Origin: the human T2T-CHM13v2.0 reference genome, Homo sapiens
Direction: 5' to 3' (one strand)
Assembly (NCBI RefSeq): GCF_009914755.1
Contig: NC_060936.1
Length of the DNA stretch: 64,000 nucleotides
The position numbers and the translations under genes were made by a program. Positions 40,910 through 55,994 of this stretch are shown one piece after another; the first letter of the stretch is position 1; the number at the start of each line of letters is the position of its first letter. The notes under the pieces were generated by a model. It was given only the letters and a program-made list of their open reading frames with translations. It searched no databases and was not told the origin of the DNA.

Positions 40910-42835
40910 CTGAAAGGGAGACAGAAAAAGAGGAAAAGGAAATATATCCATAGGTGCACAAAGTTACAGCAGGGAGGCCCAGCCTTGTGTTTCCCATGAG
41001 GGGTCCAAAACCCACAGGGAGAAATTAGAAGAGCCCACAGGCTTTTAGGTAGAGACACAAGGGCTGGGCAAAAAGGGTTTACCCTCTCACCCCTAGGTCC
41101 CTCTAAGAAGCTCATTCTACCATGGAGCACAAGCAAACACTTCAGCCATTCTTTTTTGCCCAGCTCCCTAGAGAAGCTCTAGAGAGCCAGTGTCAAGTTC
41201 AGCTTCCAACTCCAATCCCGCAACTTTTGCCTAAACATCTCGAGTCTCCAGAGCTCCAAGCCCCCAACCCGTGGCCAAGCTGCTCTTTGGCCATTTGACA
41301 AAAACAGCAAATCCCAGGCTGTCCTCAAGTGAGTCCAGATCTGTGTCAAGGTGGCATTCACCATCTACGTGTTTAATCCCCAAATCCACTGCCCTTCCTC
41401 CATGTAACAATAATCAGTGCATTTCTGTAGATGTTAAGCCTGATGACTTTCAAGAGATCTAAGTAGACTAAGCCTTCGGTAGGATCACAGTGCCTCTTCT
41501 GGAAATGCTTCCTCTTGCTGAGGACTTCTGGTGCCGGGCTCCTCCTTCCCAGCCCACCCACGGCTCTGTCTAGCTCTTGGTCCGGTGCCTACCAGGAGCC
41601 TCAGATGGTGCCCACCTTAGGAGTTCAGGAGGGAGGGTGCTCCACCAGATCATAGGCTGGATCTGATGGGGTGCCTCACAGCCTCACAGGCAGCTGCCAG
41701 AGATCAGAAGAGTGATATAGACAAGGGACCCTGGGTGCCCCCACCCTTCATCGCTGTGTCCACCATAGCAGCATTGCTGGAGAAGAGCAGGTGCAGCTTG
41801 CAGGAATTACACTATTCTGGGGCCAGACTCCCCAGATTCAAATAACTGGTCTCACCACCCCCGGGTGAGTCCATTAAATTTCTCAAGCCTCAGTTCTCTT
41901 GCCTACAAAAGAGTCCTTTGGAGAATTGTGGAGAGGATTTAAAAATGCCCGTAAGTGAATTAATACAAAGTATAAACATGAATTATCATTATTATATTAT
42001 GGATATCTGTCTGATAGTTCCTTCAGAAGAAAGAATCTGCAGCTGAAACCAAGCAGAAGCTTCAGGAAAGTTTGGTTCTCCTCTTGGGGACTCTTCAAGA
42101 CCCAGGAGATTGAATGGTATTCTTTGTACACTCTGTGCCCAGCAAAACGAGTCACATAGAGCAGGAATTTAAATATTTGTTGAATGATCTCTAAATGGTA
42201 AAAGGAAGGAAGGTAAAGAAGAGCTCTTCCAGGGACCCCTCAGCTCACAGCATTTGATCCATGGCCAGTTATAGATTCATTCAAGAGAAGAGAAAGGGGT
42301 GATGTCTAATCTCAATCCTACACACGGGCATTGGTCTCACCCCACCAGTGGGTGAGCATCTGCCTTCTGCCTACAACATGGTACATTCATGGCAACAATT
42401 GTGCAATAAAGCCAGGGACTGTCTCTTACACAGAATCATAAAGGTAAGGAAATGTATAGGTAACTCACTGAAACGGGTAATAGTATGATATTTAAACAAT
42501 TAATTAATAGCAATGTGTTATGAGTGCAAGTATCCATCAGAGTTAAGCTTATGGCAAAATTTGATACTATCAAAAAAAGTGCAATGTATACTGAAGGCTG
42601 AGAATAACTACGCCCTCAAGAATGGATCTGTCACATCCTGGCCATTTCTTAGTATAGAGCTACCCTGTCCAATAACAGAGCTACTCGTCCACATGAGCAC
42701 TTGAATTGTGGTGAGGCTTGACTGAAATAGGCTTAGAATGAAAAATAATAATAATGGACAATACCTAACAATATTTTTGTATGCATCAAATGTTGGGTTA
42801 AGTAAAATACATTGCTAAAATTAAAAAAAAAAAGA

Positions 42836-43146
42836 GGGCTGAGTGCAGTGTCTCATCTCTATAATCCCAGCACTTTCGGGGGCCAAGGTGGGAGAATAAC
42901 TTGAGGCCAGGAGTTTGCAGCCAGCCTGGGCAACATAGCAAGACCCTGTCTCCATAGAAAATTAAAACATTAGCCGGGTTTGGAGGCATGTGCCTGCAGT
43001 CCCAGCTACTCAGGAGGCTGAGGTGGGAGGATCACTAGAGACCAGGAGTTTGAGGCTGTAGTGAGCTACGGTTGTACCACTGCACTCCAGCCTGGGTGAC
43101 ATAGTGAGACCCTGTCTCTAAAATAATAATAATGATAATAATAAAA
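42836..43146 (+). mobile_element. AluJ
   Basis: Alu dimer with (AAT)n tail. Confidence 0.9.
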
Positions 43147-44574
43147 TTTAAAAATGATAAAGAAAGTGAGGGGCTTAGCAATTATTCACAGTCTGTTGCT
43201 GAAATAAAAAAAAAATAGGGTATTTAAGATTCTTTTTGAATTGTTTCTTTTTTTTCTAGGCATCTTCCTTGCCAACAGATTATTAGGAGGCGAAATTATT
43301 CCATTTCCAACAGGCCCTCTCATACTGAGAAAGAGATAGAAAGGAGACACTAAAAACAAGGATTCCAGCAAGGTGCTGATTAAGCTTTGATCTGAAATGG
43401 AGAGAAAACAGCTCGGAAATTATAAGCATAAAACATGGACATTTAAAATTTTTCAACTTTATCAAACAGGAGGCTTCATCATAATAATAACAGCAACAAC
43501 AGCCACTGTTACCACTGCTTTGATTTGAGTGCCAACCATGTCCTAGGGACTGTATCAAGTGCTTTTCATGTATGACCTCACTTAAGCGCCATGGTAACCT
43601 TAGGTGGGAGATGCTGTTATTATCTTCTCTCCAATGATGAGGACACCAAAGCAATGAGAAGATAAGGGATGTGGTGAAGGTGGTGCCAGCCCTGAAACCA
43701 GGCAGTACGGCACCAGGGTGCATCTCTCAACTGCACCCACACCAGACCCTGCATGTCAGTCCCAACCCTACATCATCACCCACCCCGAGGCCACTATCCT
43801 GAGAAGTTCGATTTGGGACATGCTCAGGTCAGAGGCACTGGGGTGGCCAAGAACTGAGCCCTAAATCTTCACTTTTGCTTCATCCACCTCTTTCTTGGAA
43901 CCCTTTCACCAGAACCACCCAGAAACCCCACGCAGATATTTCCCTTTGCCCCCCTGTGTCTAGCACTGATCCCTTTTGCTCTGGAGTAACTAAACAGAAA
44001 AATGCTGTAATAGATGAAGGAGACAGGGCAGGGACCCAGGAGAGTCCCTGTTCAGTGGCCCCCACGGAACGGCAAAGCTGCCCCTCACAGAGTGTTTCTA
44101 TCGTTTCTCTTCCTCCTCCACCTGGTGAACCCCTACACATACTCCATGGTCCAGTTCAAATGCTACCACGTGTATAATGCCCTCTCCTACCCACAGAGTC
44201 GGGGTAACTTATCATTCCCTCACCTCACTCTCTTAGAACCTGCTTTTCCATCACATGCTGGAAAAGACCCAATGTCCTTAACATGGTACCCAATATCTAC
44301 CCACACACACACCTTGGTCTGGCCCTGGGGCCTTCTCACTCTTTGTATATGCTGTCTCCACCACCTGGAATACCCTCTGTTGCTTTGCCTGGCTAAACCC
44401 TACTTGTCTTTTATGACTTGGCTCTGATGTCCTCTCCTCCAGGAAGTCTTCCTTGATATCCTAATTCATTTCGGCATGGGTTGGGTGTTCTTCCTCCAGA
44501 AAGCATTCCCTAATACTCCCTCTTCCCTCCTAGACTGGGTTGGGTGTTCCTTCTCAGTTCTCTCTCTCTCGATT

Positions 44575-44640
44575 GATTGATCATTAGATAGATAGATAGA
44601 TAGATAGACAGACAGACGGCAGAGAGACAGACAGATTGAT
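44575..44640 (+). repeat. Compound (GATA)n(GACA)n tetranucleotide STR
   Basis: Directly visible. Confidence 0.9.
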
Positions 44641-45474
44641 GGCAACAGTTTCCTATTTTTTCAGATTTGCTGTCTTCCAAGTAGACTGTGGTCTTTGAGG
44701 GCAATGACTCTGTGCTGTTCATTTTCCTATCCTTGGCAACCAGCACAAAGCCTGGCACATAGTAGGTGCTCATTAAATGCTTACCAAATGACTGTTCTGG
44801 ATTAAGACTCTGGCACACATCACATTCCCTTCTAATTCTTTGCCTTCCACACATGACTGTAGGCTCCTTGAGGTCAGGAACCATGTGGTTTACCCTGTTG
44901 GATCCTTCATCCCTTAGCTTAGTACTAGTTGAATGAAATGAAACTTTTCAGTGGGCTTGAAAACATTTCTTCCCTTCCCAAGGAGTGCGCTTAAGAGCGC
45001 TTGGTTCAAAGCTGCATCCAAAAGGAATCTCTCAGCTCCTCCCACCCACCTCCCCCAAACTCCCATCCTGCCTGCCCAGGAGTGGGGTGCCCTCTTGTGG
45101 CCAGAGCACAGCCTCCTTGCAGATTTTCAGAATCCTGGAAGGAGAGTTCAGAAAAGTCTATTGGTTTAAGCCTGGGGGCATCCCACACAAGCAGGTTAAA
45201 AGCCCCACTGTGAAGGAGGCCTGCTGCTCGCTGGCTTGAGGGAGTCTAAGCATGCCTGCAAAGTCCTTAGCGCCTGGAACGCCAACTCTGCTTATCTCCC
45301 CAGGGGCCCACGGCGAGGACCAGCAAGGAGCCTCCAGTTATAGCAGCACATACTGGCGGACTCTTTCCTGCCCATGGTCAGAGAAGAAAGGAAAGCAAGG
45401 CGGTGGGGGGAGGGGTGCCATTTCATCCCACGCAAATGCTCAATGTTCAAGATTCAAAGAAACATCCATACACG

Positions 45475-45554
45475 GACACAAATGACTGTTCCTAATGACT
45501 GTGACTGTGTACTTAAGATTTAGTGAATATTTTGCAGTATATCCCACAGATGCA
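45475..45554 (+). repeat. 80-bp dispersed direct duplication, copy 1 (copy 2 at 46948-47027)
   Basis: 77/80 identical by manual alignment. Confidence 0.92.
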
Positions 45555-45774
45555 GTGTAATTTAGTGGTTAAACTCATAGGCTTTGGGGTCAGAGAGACT
45601 GGGACTTAAGTCCTGATTGTGACCTTGAGAAAGTGATCTCGGTTTCCTCATCTGGGCAATGGGGAGAATACTAACACCAATCTCAGAAGGCTATTGTGAG
45701 AATTCTATGAGATAACAAGCTTGGCAGGGGACCCAGCACAGAGTGAGGGTTCAGGTGATGTCACCTGCTATTAA

Positions 45775-46178
<404 letters not shown>

Positions 46179-46412
46179 TGATATCCAACAAACTTTCAAT
46201 CCACCATGGCCCTTAGTGAGTGAAGAGGACACAGCAAAACCCTCTGGTGATAGATAACCACCGTCATCTCCAAAACCCTGACAGGAGCCTTGAGGCACTG
46301 AGCTAAGTGACAAGACCAGATCCTCTGGCAAGAAGAACCAAGTCTGACCCAGCACAAGTTTAGCAGGAGCTCAATGACCTCAGAGTCAATCTGTTTTACC
46401 AACCATGGCCAC

Positions 46413-46810
46413 AGATGGAGGGGAGAAGGGGTATATCTAAATAAGGGTTAGTTGGACAGAAGGATAGATGAAAAGATGGATGGATAAAAGAATGGAAAGA
46501 AGGAAGGAAGGGTGAAAAATTGGAAGGATGGAATTGATGAAGGACAGAGAGGATGGGAGGATGGGAACACAGATAAAAGGAAGGGAGGATGGGGGAGGAA
46601 GATGAAAGAATTAAAGGATAAATGGATGGAATAAAAGTGAGAATGGGAAGACAGAAGAACGGATAAAGGAATGGAGAAGAATGGGAGAATGGAAGGATGG
46701 ACAGATGGAAAGAGGAAGGAAGGATGGAAAAGGGAAGAATGGTGGGATGAAAAGATGGAGAGAAAGAAGGGCAGAAGAGAGAATGGGAGTAAAAGAAAAC
46801 GAGAGAATAC
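46413..46810 (+). repeat. Purine-rich (GGA/GGAT/GAA) low-complexity tract
   Basis: About 400 bp strongly depleted of C. Confidence 0.85.
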
Positions 46811-47534
46811 ATGGCTATTTGATTAGAGTAGGGTGGAAAGAAATCCCATATTGCTTCCTACCCATCAAGGAAGCCTTCATGGACAAGATGTGGGATTCAC
46901 CTTTCCATCCACCCTCATTACCAAGGCATGGTCAGGGGGAAAAAACAGACACAAATGACTGTTTCTAATGACTGTGACTGTGTACTTAAGATTTAGTGAA
47001 TATTTTGCAATATATCTCACAGATGCAATTAAAAAGAACATTCTTTCCCGTGATCTTTGTAGGATATTAGATATCTGTCACACAGATGTCTCATCTGGAA
47101 ATAAGGCCAATTCAGAGAAAATCAACAAAATTAGGTGGCACAAAACATTAGAAAGGGAAGCCAAATCCTCTGGGGCTATATCAGCCCTGGGTGTACCATG
47201 GTGCTTTCTGGATGGGCCAGCAAGTCAGGGCTCCCTGACAAGGTAAGCTGTGCAGAGGGGCTGGGCTAAGCCAAGGCTGCACATCTGTGTTAGGGAAAGA
47301 CACTCAGCTCCAGGCCATCACCTATGCTTAGGAAAATGCATGTTTCCCAAGTACAGCAAAGGACTCTTCCAGTGTTGGAATCTGGGAAAACTCTTCCCAC
47401 TTTTCTGATGCCCAATTTACATACAGTATCAAAACTAAAAGGATCCCGAGAAATCTTACATTGTCTTTGAATGAGTTCATTACTCTCCATCTCTAGCCCC
47501 AATGTTCTGGTCCAAGCCACCACCTTCTTCTCAC

Positions 47535-47608
47535 CTGGGCTGCCGCTGCCTCCTCGCTGGAATCGCAGACTCACTTGCATTTGGTTCCATTTTTGCTTTT
47601 TTGTTATA
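47535..47608 (-). other. Candidate alternative KSR2 exon (74 bp)
   Basis: TTTCACTTTAG acceptor and CAG|GTGAGA donor; reads YNKKAKMEPNASESAIPARRQRQP(R) in frame with the 185-bp exon. Usage is inferred, not observed. Confidence 0.45.
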
Positions 47609-47960
47609 CTAAAGTGAAATTCACAGAACGTAAAATTCACCATTTTAAATTGAATAACTCTGTAGCATTAAGTTCATTCATATTGGAAGATCACAACCTC
47701 TATCTAGTTCCAAATGCTCACCACTTCAAAAGGAAATCCCTTACGCATTAGTCACTCCCATTTCCCCTTTCCTCCAGCCCCTGCACCACCAATCAGCTTT
47801 CTCGCTCTATGGATTTGCCTATTCTGGACATTGCATATAAATGGAATCCTACAAGATGTGGCCTTTTGTGTCTGGCTTCTTCACTCAGTACAATGTTTTT
47901 GAGGGTCATCCATGTTCTAGCATGGATCACCACTAAATGACTTTTTATGGTTGAGTAATT
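47590..47960 (-). mobile_element. L1MB/MC-type 3' end fragment inserted in L2 sequence
   Basis: GGATTTGCCTATTCTGGACATTGCATATAAATGGAATCCTACAA, GTCTGGCTTCTTCACTCAG. Confidence 0.78.
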
Positions 47961-50455
47961 GGATCCCACTTTGGATTCTTTACAATGTATTCTCTACCCA
48001 GCAGTCAAAGGCAGGCTTTAAAAAGTATACATTGTATCATGTCACTCCTCTTCTTAAAACCCCACAAAGGTTTCCAGTTGTTCTCTCTTCTTGTGGTCTA
48101 TAAAAGCTTCCTAGGACCCTCCACACCTACCCTCCAACTTCTTGTGTCATCTTGGACTCTAGCTGTTCGGGTCATCTTTCTGGTCCTTGACCACACTAAA
48201 TTCTCTACCTCAGGGCCTTTGCACATGCTGTTCCTGCTGCCTGGGACATTATTCCCCATTGTGCTTGTTAGTGGTATCATACTCATCATTAAGGTACCAC
48301 TTCCTTAGAGATGCCATCCTTAACTCCCAAACCAGTCAGATCTCCTGGTTACACCTGCTCCCAGCACCACCTGCTTTCCTTCTTAGAATGCATCCCAGCT
48401 GGAATTCTGCATTTACTTATGTGGTTACCAGAGGAATGTCTGTCTCCCCAAGGGCCCATGCCCATCACACAAAAAGGGCCTGTATCCTCACCATCTAGCA
48501 TAAGACAGGGACCCAGAAGCTGGGTCTACAGATGCTCACCCTAGCCCATGTATCCCACCTCAAGCAAGGACTATGTGACATCTTCTATTTGTGGGGAATT
48601 CTAAAGGAAAGTGACCCAGTCTCCATCTGCAAATCAGGAGGGCTGGTTTAGCAGCATCTTCCCAGTTAATTCCCAAGTAAGGGCTCTTCAAGGACAGAAA
48701 TACAATTTCTTTTTCTTTCTGACAATTTCTTTTGTCAGCCCCCGGCCACCCTTGGCCTAGGTCTGGCAGGTGGTTGCACATTCAGAAAACTGAATCGATA
48801 CCCTTTTGCCAGCCCACCTCTCCCAGCCTTCATCACAGAGATCGTCAAGGGAAGCCCCAAACTGATGTTTAGTCTTTGCACCATTTCCTCTTCCCAAAGT
48901 GTGCTGGGGTCTGAGTGAAACAGAGCCGCTGGCTCACATGGCCTCAGCCTCCTCGAGCGTGTGGGTTGTGTCCCCTTGAACTCAGAAGCCTTTACCCGGC
49001 CAAATCCCTCAGCATCTCATTAACTGTGTCTGGAGCATCTGGCCCAGCCAATTGGGAGGAAATGGCAGGGCTGGGAACAGACAAGCTCCTCACAAGCCTG
49101 CTTTGAGGACAGGCAAGAGCACACATTCTTGCAGACCGCCCTGTACAGCAAAATGCTAATCCAGTAACCATTTCCCCAAACAGGAAAAATGCCCAGTGGT
49201 CTTACACAGGGCTATGAGCTGTCCCTATCAAATTGGCCCTTTTAAATCCTTTGCTCTTGGGCTGATCCAATGACCCAAGAGGAGGCCTTCAGGAAAGACT
49301 TTTCAAAATCAAAGAATGCACAATGTTCTGGGGCAGCAGAGCTTACGAGCTCTCGGCTCAGCTGCTCAGAGCCCAGGAAAGGGAGCAGTTTGGAAAAGCA
49401 AAGCCCCATTAAGTGTAACACCAAGGGGATGTTTATTGAGAATCTGCTCTGTTATTGGCCACAGGCGATAGCCCTCATTTCTGGCTGGAGCACTCCCCAA
49501 GCATGGCATTAATCAACCAGCGTCCTGGCAAAAAAAAGGGGCATGATGAGCCTGTGAAATAGCACAAGCTGCATTTCCCCAAGTGTGGAGGAATACGCAG
49601 TCCTTTTAGAGAAGACATGGATGCATCTTTTTGCATTTTAATAAAATTCAAGAAATAGCCTTTGCACGTCAAATCTATAATTTCATAGTAATTATTTTCT
49701 ATATGCAAAAGATACTAAGAAGGAGAAAAAGAAGGGGAGGAGGAAGAGAAAGAAGGATGAGAAAAAGGAAGACAAAGGAGAAAAAGGAAGAGAAAAGGAA
49801 GAATAAGAAGACAAACGAGGGGGAGGAGATGTTGGCTAAAAAAATGTTAAGTAAACTATAGTATAGATCCCACCCAAATGGCTAAAAATAGACTGGCAGT
49901 TACAAATATTGGCAAAGATATAAGGCAAACAGAACTCTCCTAAAATCCTGGTGGGAGTGTAAATTGGTACAACCGTTTTTGAAAAATGACTTGGCAGTAG
50001 CTACTAAAGCTGAAAGTAAGCTCTGACCCAACGATTTTACTCCCAGGCCTGTATCTAACCAAAATGAGGGCCCATGTCTGCAAAAAAAGACCTTTGTAAG
50101 AATGTTCATGGCAGCGTTATTCATAAGGGCCACACAAACACTGGGAACATCTCAGTGACCATCAATAGTGGAAGGGATAAATAAGTCATAGTGTACAAAT
50201 GCTATGACTTGAATTCTCAAACACACAAAGTCTGAGAATGACACTGACAAGTGGAGAAGGGTGTCCATCATCGGGATAAGGTGATGATGCCAGGCCTGGG
50301 AAGCAGGAAGCCTTCCTTGAAGAAGGGAGCATACAACAGCATCATCAAAGGCATCCAGAGAAAAGGTGTGCAAGGAATACTTGGCCAAAATGCCCCTTCT
50401 CCCCACACTGCGTTTTTGGTCTTAAGACATTCTCTTGGTTCTCACCATCAATGCA

Positions 50456-50841
50456 TGTTATGGGCTGAATTTTGTCCCCCTCAAGTTCCTATGTTGAAGT
50501 CCTAACCCCTAGGACTTCAGAATGTGGCTGTATTTAGAGATGGAACCTTTAAAGAGGTGACTAAGCTTAAATGACATCATAAGGGAGAGCCCCAATCCAA
50601 TAGGATTGGTGTCTTTTTAAGAAGAGGACAACACACCAGGGATGTATAGAAGCCGCCATGTAAGGACACAGCAAGAGGACGGCCATCTGCAAGACACAGA
50701 GAGAGGCCTCAGGAGAAACCAACCCTGCCAACACCTCGATCTTGGACTTCCAGCCTCTAGAACTGTGAGAAAATACATTTCCATTGTTTAAGCCCCTCGA
50801 TCTGTGATATTTTGTGACAGCAGCCCTAGCAGACTAATACA
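50456..50841 (+). mobile_element. MLT1A/B solo LTR
   Basis: TGTTATGGGCTGAATT...GGACTTCCAGCCTCTAGAACTGTGAGAAAAT...GACTAATACA. Confidence 0.85.
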
Positions 50842-51162
50842 GTACCCTTGTCTCAAGGGATTCTTTGGTGCCATAACTCAAACAAGAAAAATACCTACCA
50901 CTTTTAATGGGATAGTTACTAGGGGCCACACACAGGACTGGCCACTTTATGAGATTCTTATTCTAGCGGTGTCTGAATTTCTTCATTTGTTCTCTGTCTG
51001 CCAACTAGAATATGAGCTCTATCTCAATGTTGCTTACCAATGTTGTCTCCAAGGCCTAGAAAAATGTCTGACGCACAGTGTGTCCTCCAAAACTATATTT
51101 TGGATGAATGTACAAGTGAATATTAACAACAAGCCTTGCAGGTGGTTCCATCTCACAGATGA

Positions 51163-51499
<337 letters not shown>

Positions 51500-53051
51500 A
51501 GTATTGGGCTTCTAACCCAATTTGTCCAGATCCGGAGCCCAGGCTCTCACAGCTACATGAGGCTCCATCCCACTCTGGTGCCAGAAAGAGGATACTACCC
51601 CCACCCCGCCCCCACCAACCCTTGCCAAGCTTTGGATCGCAGACATCTTCATGTACTAGGAGTTAGGATTCCGGGGCTCTCTGGGTGAGACCTACATGGC
51701 TTCCTCCTCACTATGACCCAAGAGCTTGACCACAGGGAGATTTGGACTGAAGAACAGATTTCTTGCAAGAAGCAAAGGAGTTTTCCTCCAGGTACAAAAC
51801 AGAACTGCTGAGGTACCTGAGAGGTGTTACCTGCATCAGTCCTCTCAAACCAAGCTCCCATGACACAGGATCTGGCCTGGGAGGAATATGGTTCCCCTAT
51901 GGTCATGGGATCTGTTTGGGGGTAATGCAGCTCTCAGAGATTGAGCCAAGTAACCCCCAAGGGACCTCTGTAGTGCAAAGGCAGGTTTTCTGTGGGTGAG
52001 GACAATGGACAACATGATGTGGGCAGCAGGGACTGAATTCCAAATGGCCCTGGATGATGGTCCTGCTCCCCTTGTACCAGCTGTGTGGTCTTGGACAAGT
52101 CACTTCTCCTCTCTGGGCCTGTCTCCTCATTTCTCAAAGAGGGATACTGCCCAAGTGTGATGATGGTCACAGCAGACAAGGTCTGCTGAGGGGTCTGCAA
52201 GGGGTGGGGCATGGCATCAGTGGGAAAGACTGGTATCACCCTCTTGGCATGAATTCGTATTGTCTCTAGTAAATTTCCTACTTCATGAAGGCACATGGCC
52301 CAAACTCTGTTTCCCCGTCTCCTTTCACCTTGAACCTGCTCTGGCTCAGCTTCTCTGTACCTTCACTCTCCTAGGACCCAGTGCCGTCTTCTCTCCATGT
52401 ATCCTTAAAGGCTGAACTCAAGTCTGAGCGCCCTTGAAGCTCCCAGAACCATCGAACTTTAGGTTGCTATCACCAGCACTCCATGTGCATCAGCACCATG
52501 CACGGAGCGTTTCCTATGGTCCAGGTACCAGCTCCCCATGTGCATTAACTCATGCGGTCCTCACAACAACCCTACAAGGAAGGTACTAGAGTTATACCCA
52601 TTTCATAGATGGGGAAATTGAAGTTCAGAGAGGTTATGCGGCACTTGGTTAAAAATTCAGCACACACCAACCGAGCACACTCTAAGTGTGATGCACTGTG
52701 TTCTTACACTTCAGAGGTCTAAAGGGAAATAGAAGACACAGCTTCCATTGTCAGCAACCCTGACTTGTGTATCACATCCGCACCAGCACAGACCTGGCCA
52801 TGAGGCAGGAGTCTGTTTGACACCTGCTATAAGGGTACGGGTGTCTCAAGACACAGCAGAAATCTCAAATCAGATGTGGTGAACCAGTAACTGATTCACT
52901 GAGACTGGGTTATCCATGCTGTCTTTTAGCCCATCTGGGTGTGTAAAACTCAAGAATTCCTGGGTTATGGCTAGGGCATGGTTCTCCCTTTGTTCTCAGG
53001 AAGATTGCCTGGTGGTCTGAACTGGGCAGCTCTAGCCAGGTTCTTCTAGAA

Positions 53052-53279
53052 CAGGGGTTCTAGAAGAACTATGGGCCAACCAATGGCCAAATCCAGCCCT
53101 CATCTTGTTTTGGTAAATAAAGTTTCCTTGGACCACAGTCATGCCTACTCATTTATATACATATTGTCTGTGGCTTCTTTTGCCTGACAATAGCAGGGTT
53201 AGTTGTGACAGAGTTGGCATAACCCCAAGCTGAAATATTTACTATCTGACTCTTTGTGGAACAAATTTGCTGATTCCTG
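53052..53279. mobile_element. MER58-like element
   Basis: AATAAAGTTTCCTTGGACCACAGTCATG and AAATATTTACTATCTG core. Further copies at ~57043-57278 and 63320-63404. Confidence 0.72.
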
Positions 53280-54236
53280 TTCTACACTACCTGTCCACAG
53301 ATGTCAAGAGAAAACTTGTAAGAGAGCCTGCTTTAAGGGTCTGCTTGGGATTTATTTTCCCTCAGCATACAGCTTCTCTCTTGACCTTCTGTGTCTAAAT
53401 AATGAACATTCTCTATTCCTGTTCACTCCTCTCCCCATATCCCTGAATTGTATGCCACTGTGACTGGGTTATGGGGAGGGAAGTAAACAGGAACATTCTT
53501 TAATGATCAGTATAAATCCCTTTGTCTAAATCTATGCTGTTCTTTACGGGTATTAACATTTTAATTAAGGCAAGACAAAATTGAATATTCTTCTCATCAG
53601 CCATTACATCCATGATTTAAATGCTCAAAAGCTACATGTGGCTAGTGGCTACTGCACCGGACAAAGCAGGTAGAAAACATTTCCATCATTTCTAACATTT
53701 CTTTTGGACACGGCTGCTCTAAACAATCCCTGCCCCCAGCATTGAAGGGTGAGATGATGCATTGTTCTGCAATTAGATCATTTGCTCCATCTCATCTCTC
53801 TCTCCTCTCCTCCTCTCCAAGTCTGGTTTTCACACCCCTCCCAACAATAGTGAAATTAACTGTGCTTAGCAAAAGACTGGAGGCAGCTGAAATATGCATT
53901 ATGGTGGACTGGTCGATTAAATTATGGTAATTCCATTTGATGGAAACTATGTAGGTGTTAAAAAAGAATCAGGAGAGAGAGAACACCAACATTTATTATA
54001 AAGTGAAAGTGGGAGGAGAAAAAACAATGGATATGATATGGCCTCATTGTGTCTTTGACAGATATATATTAATTCGAAAAAAATGACCTGGTAAGTGTTA
54101 CTAGGACAGTAAAATAATTGGATTCCAGCAATGAAGGAGGCAGACAAGAGCTATACTTTCCTTGGGCTTATATCCTGATGGGGGAATACAGACAAACAGA
54201 TAGCAACGAGGAAATGCTACTTAAGAATAAGAGCTA

Positions 54237-55994
<1,758 letters not shown>

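Noticed and set aside
40510-41136. 208-aa ORF spanning the KSR2 exon
   Set aside because: Only 40725-40909 resembles KSR2 and it is bounded by strong splice sites; the flanks are chance open intron and the ORF starts at TTG.
46396-46968. ORFs over purine-rich tracts (also 20190-20417, 49631-49861)
   Set aside because: Low-complexity sequence lacking stop codons by composition.
52488-52510. RE1/REST-like motif TCAGCACCATGCACGGAGCG
   Set aside because: The right half-site deviates from GGACAG at two positions and it lies at a MIR edge; too weak.
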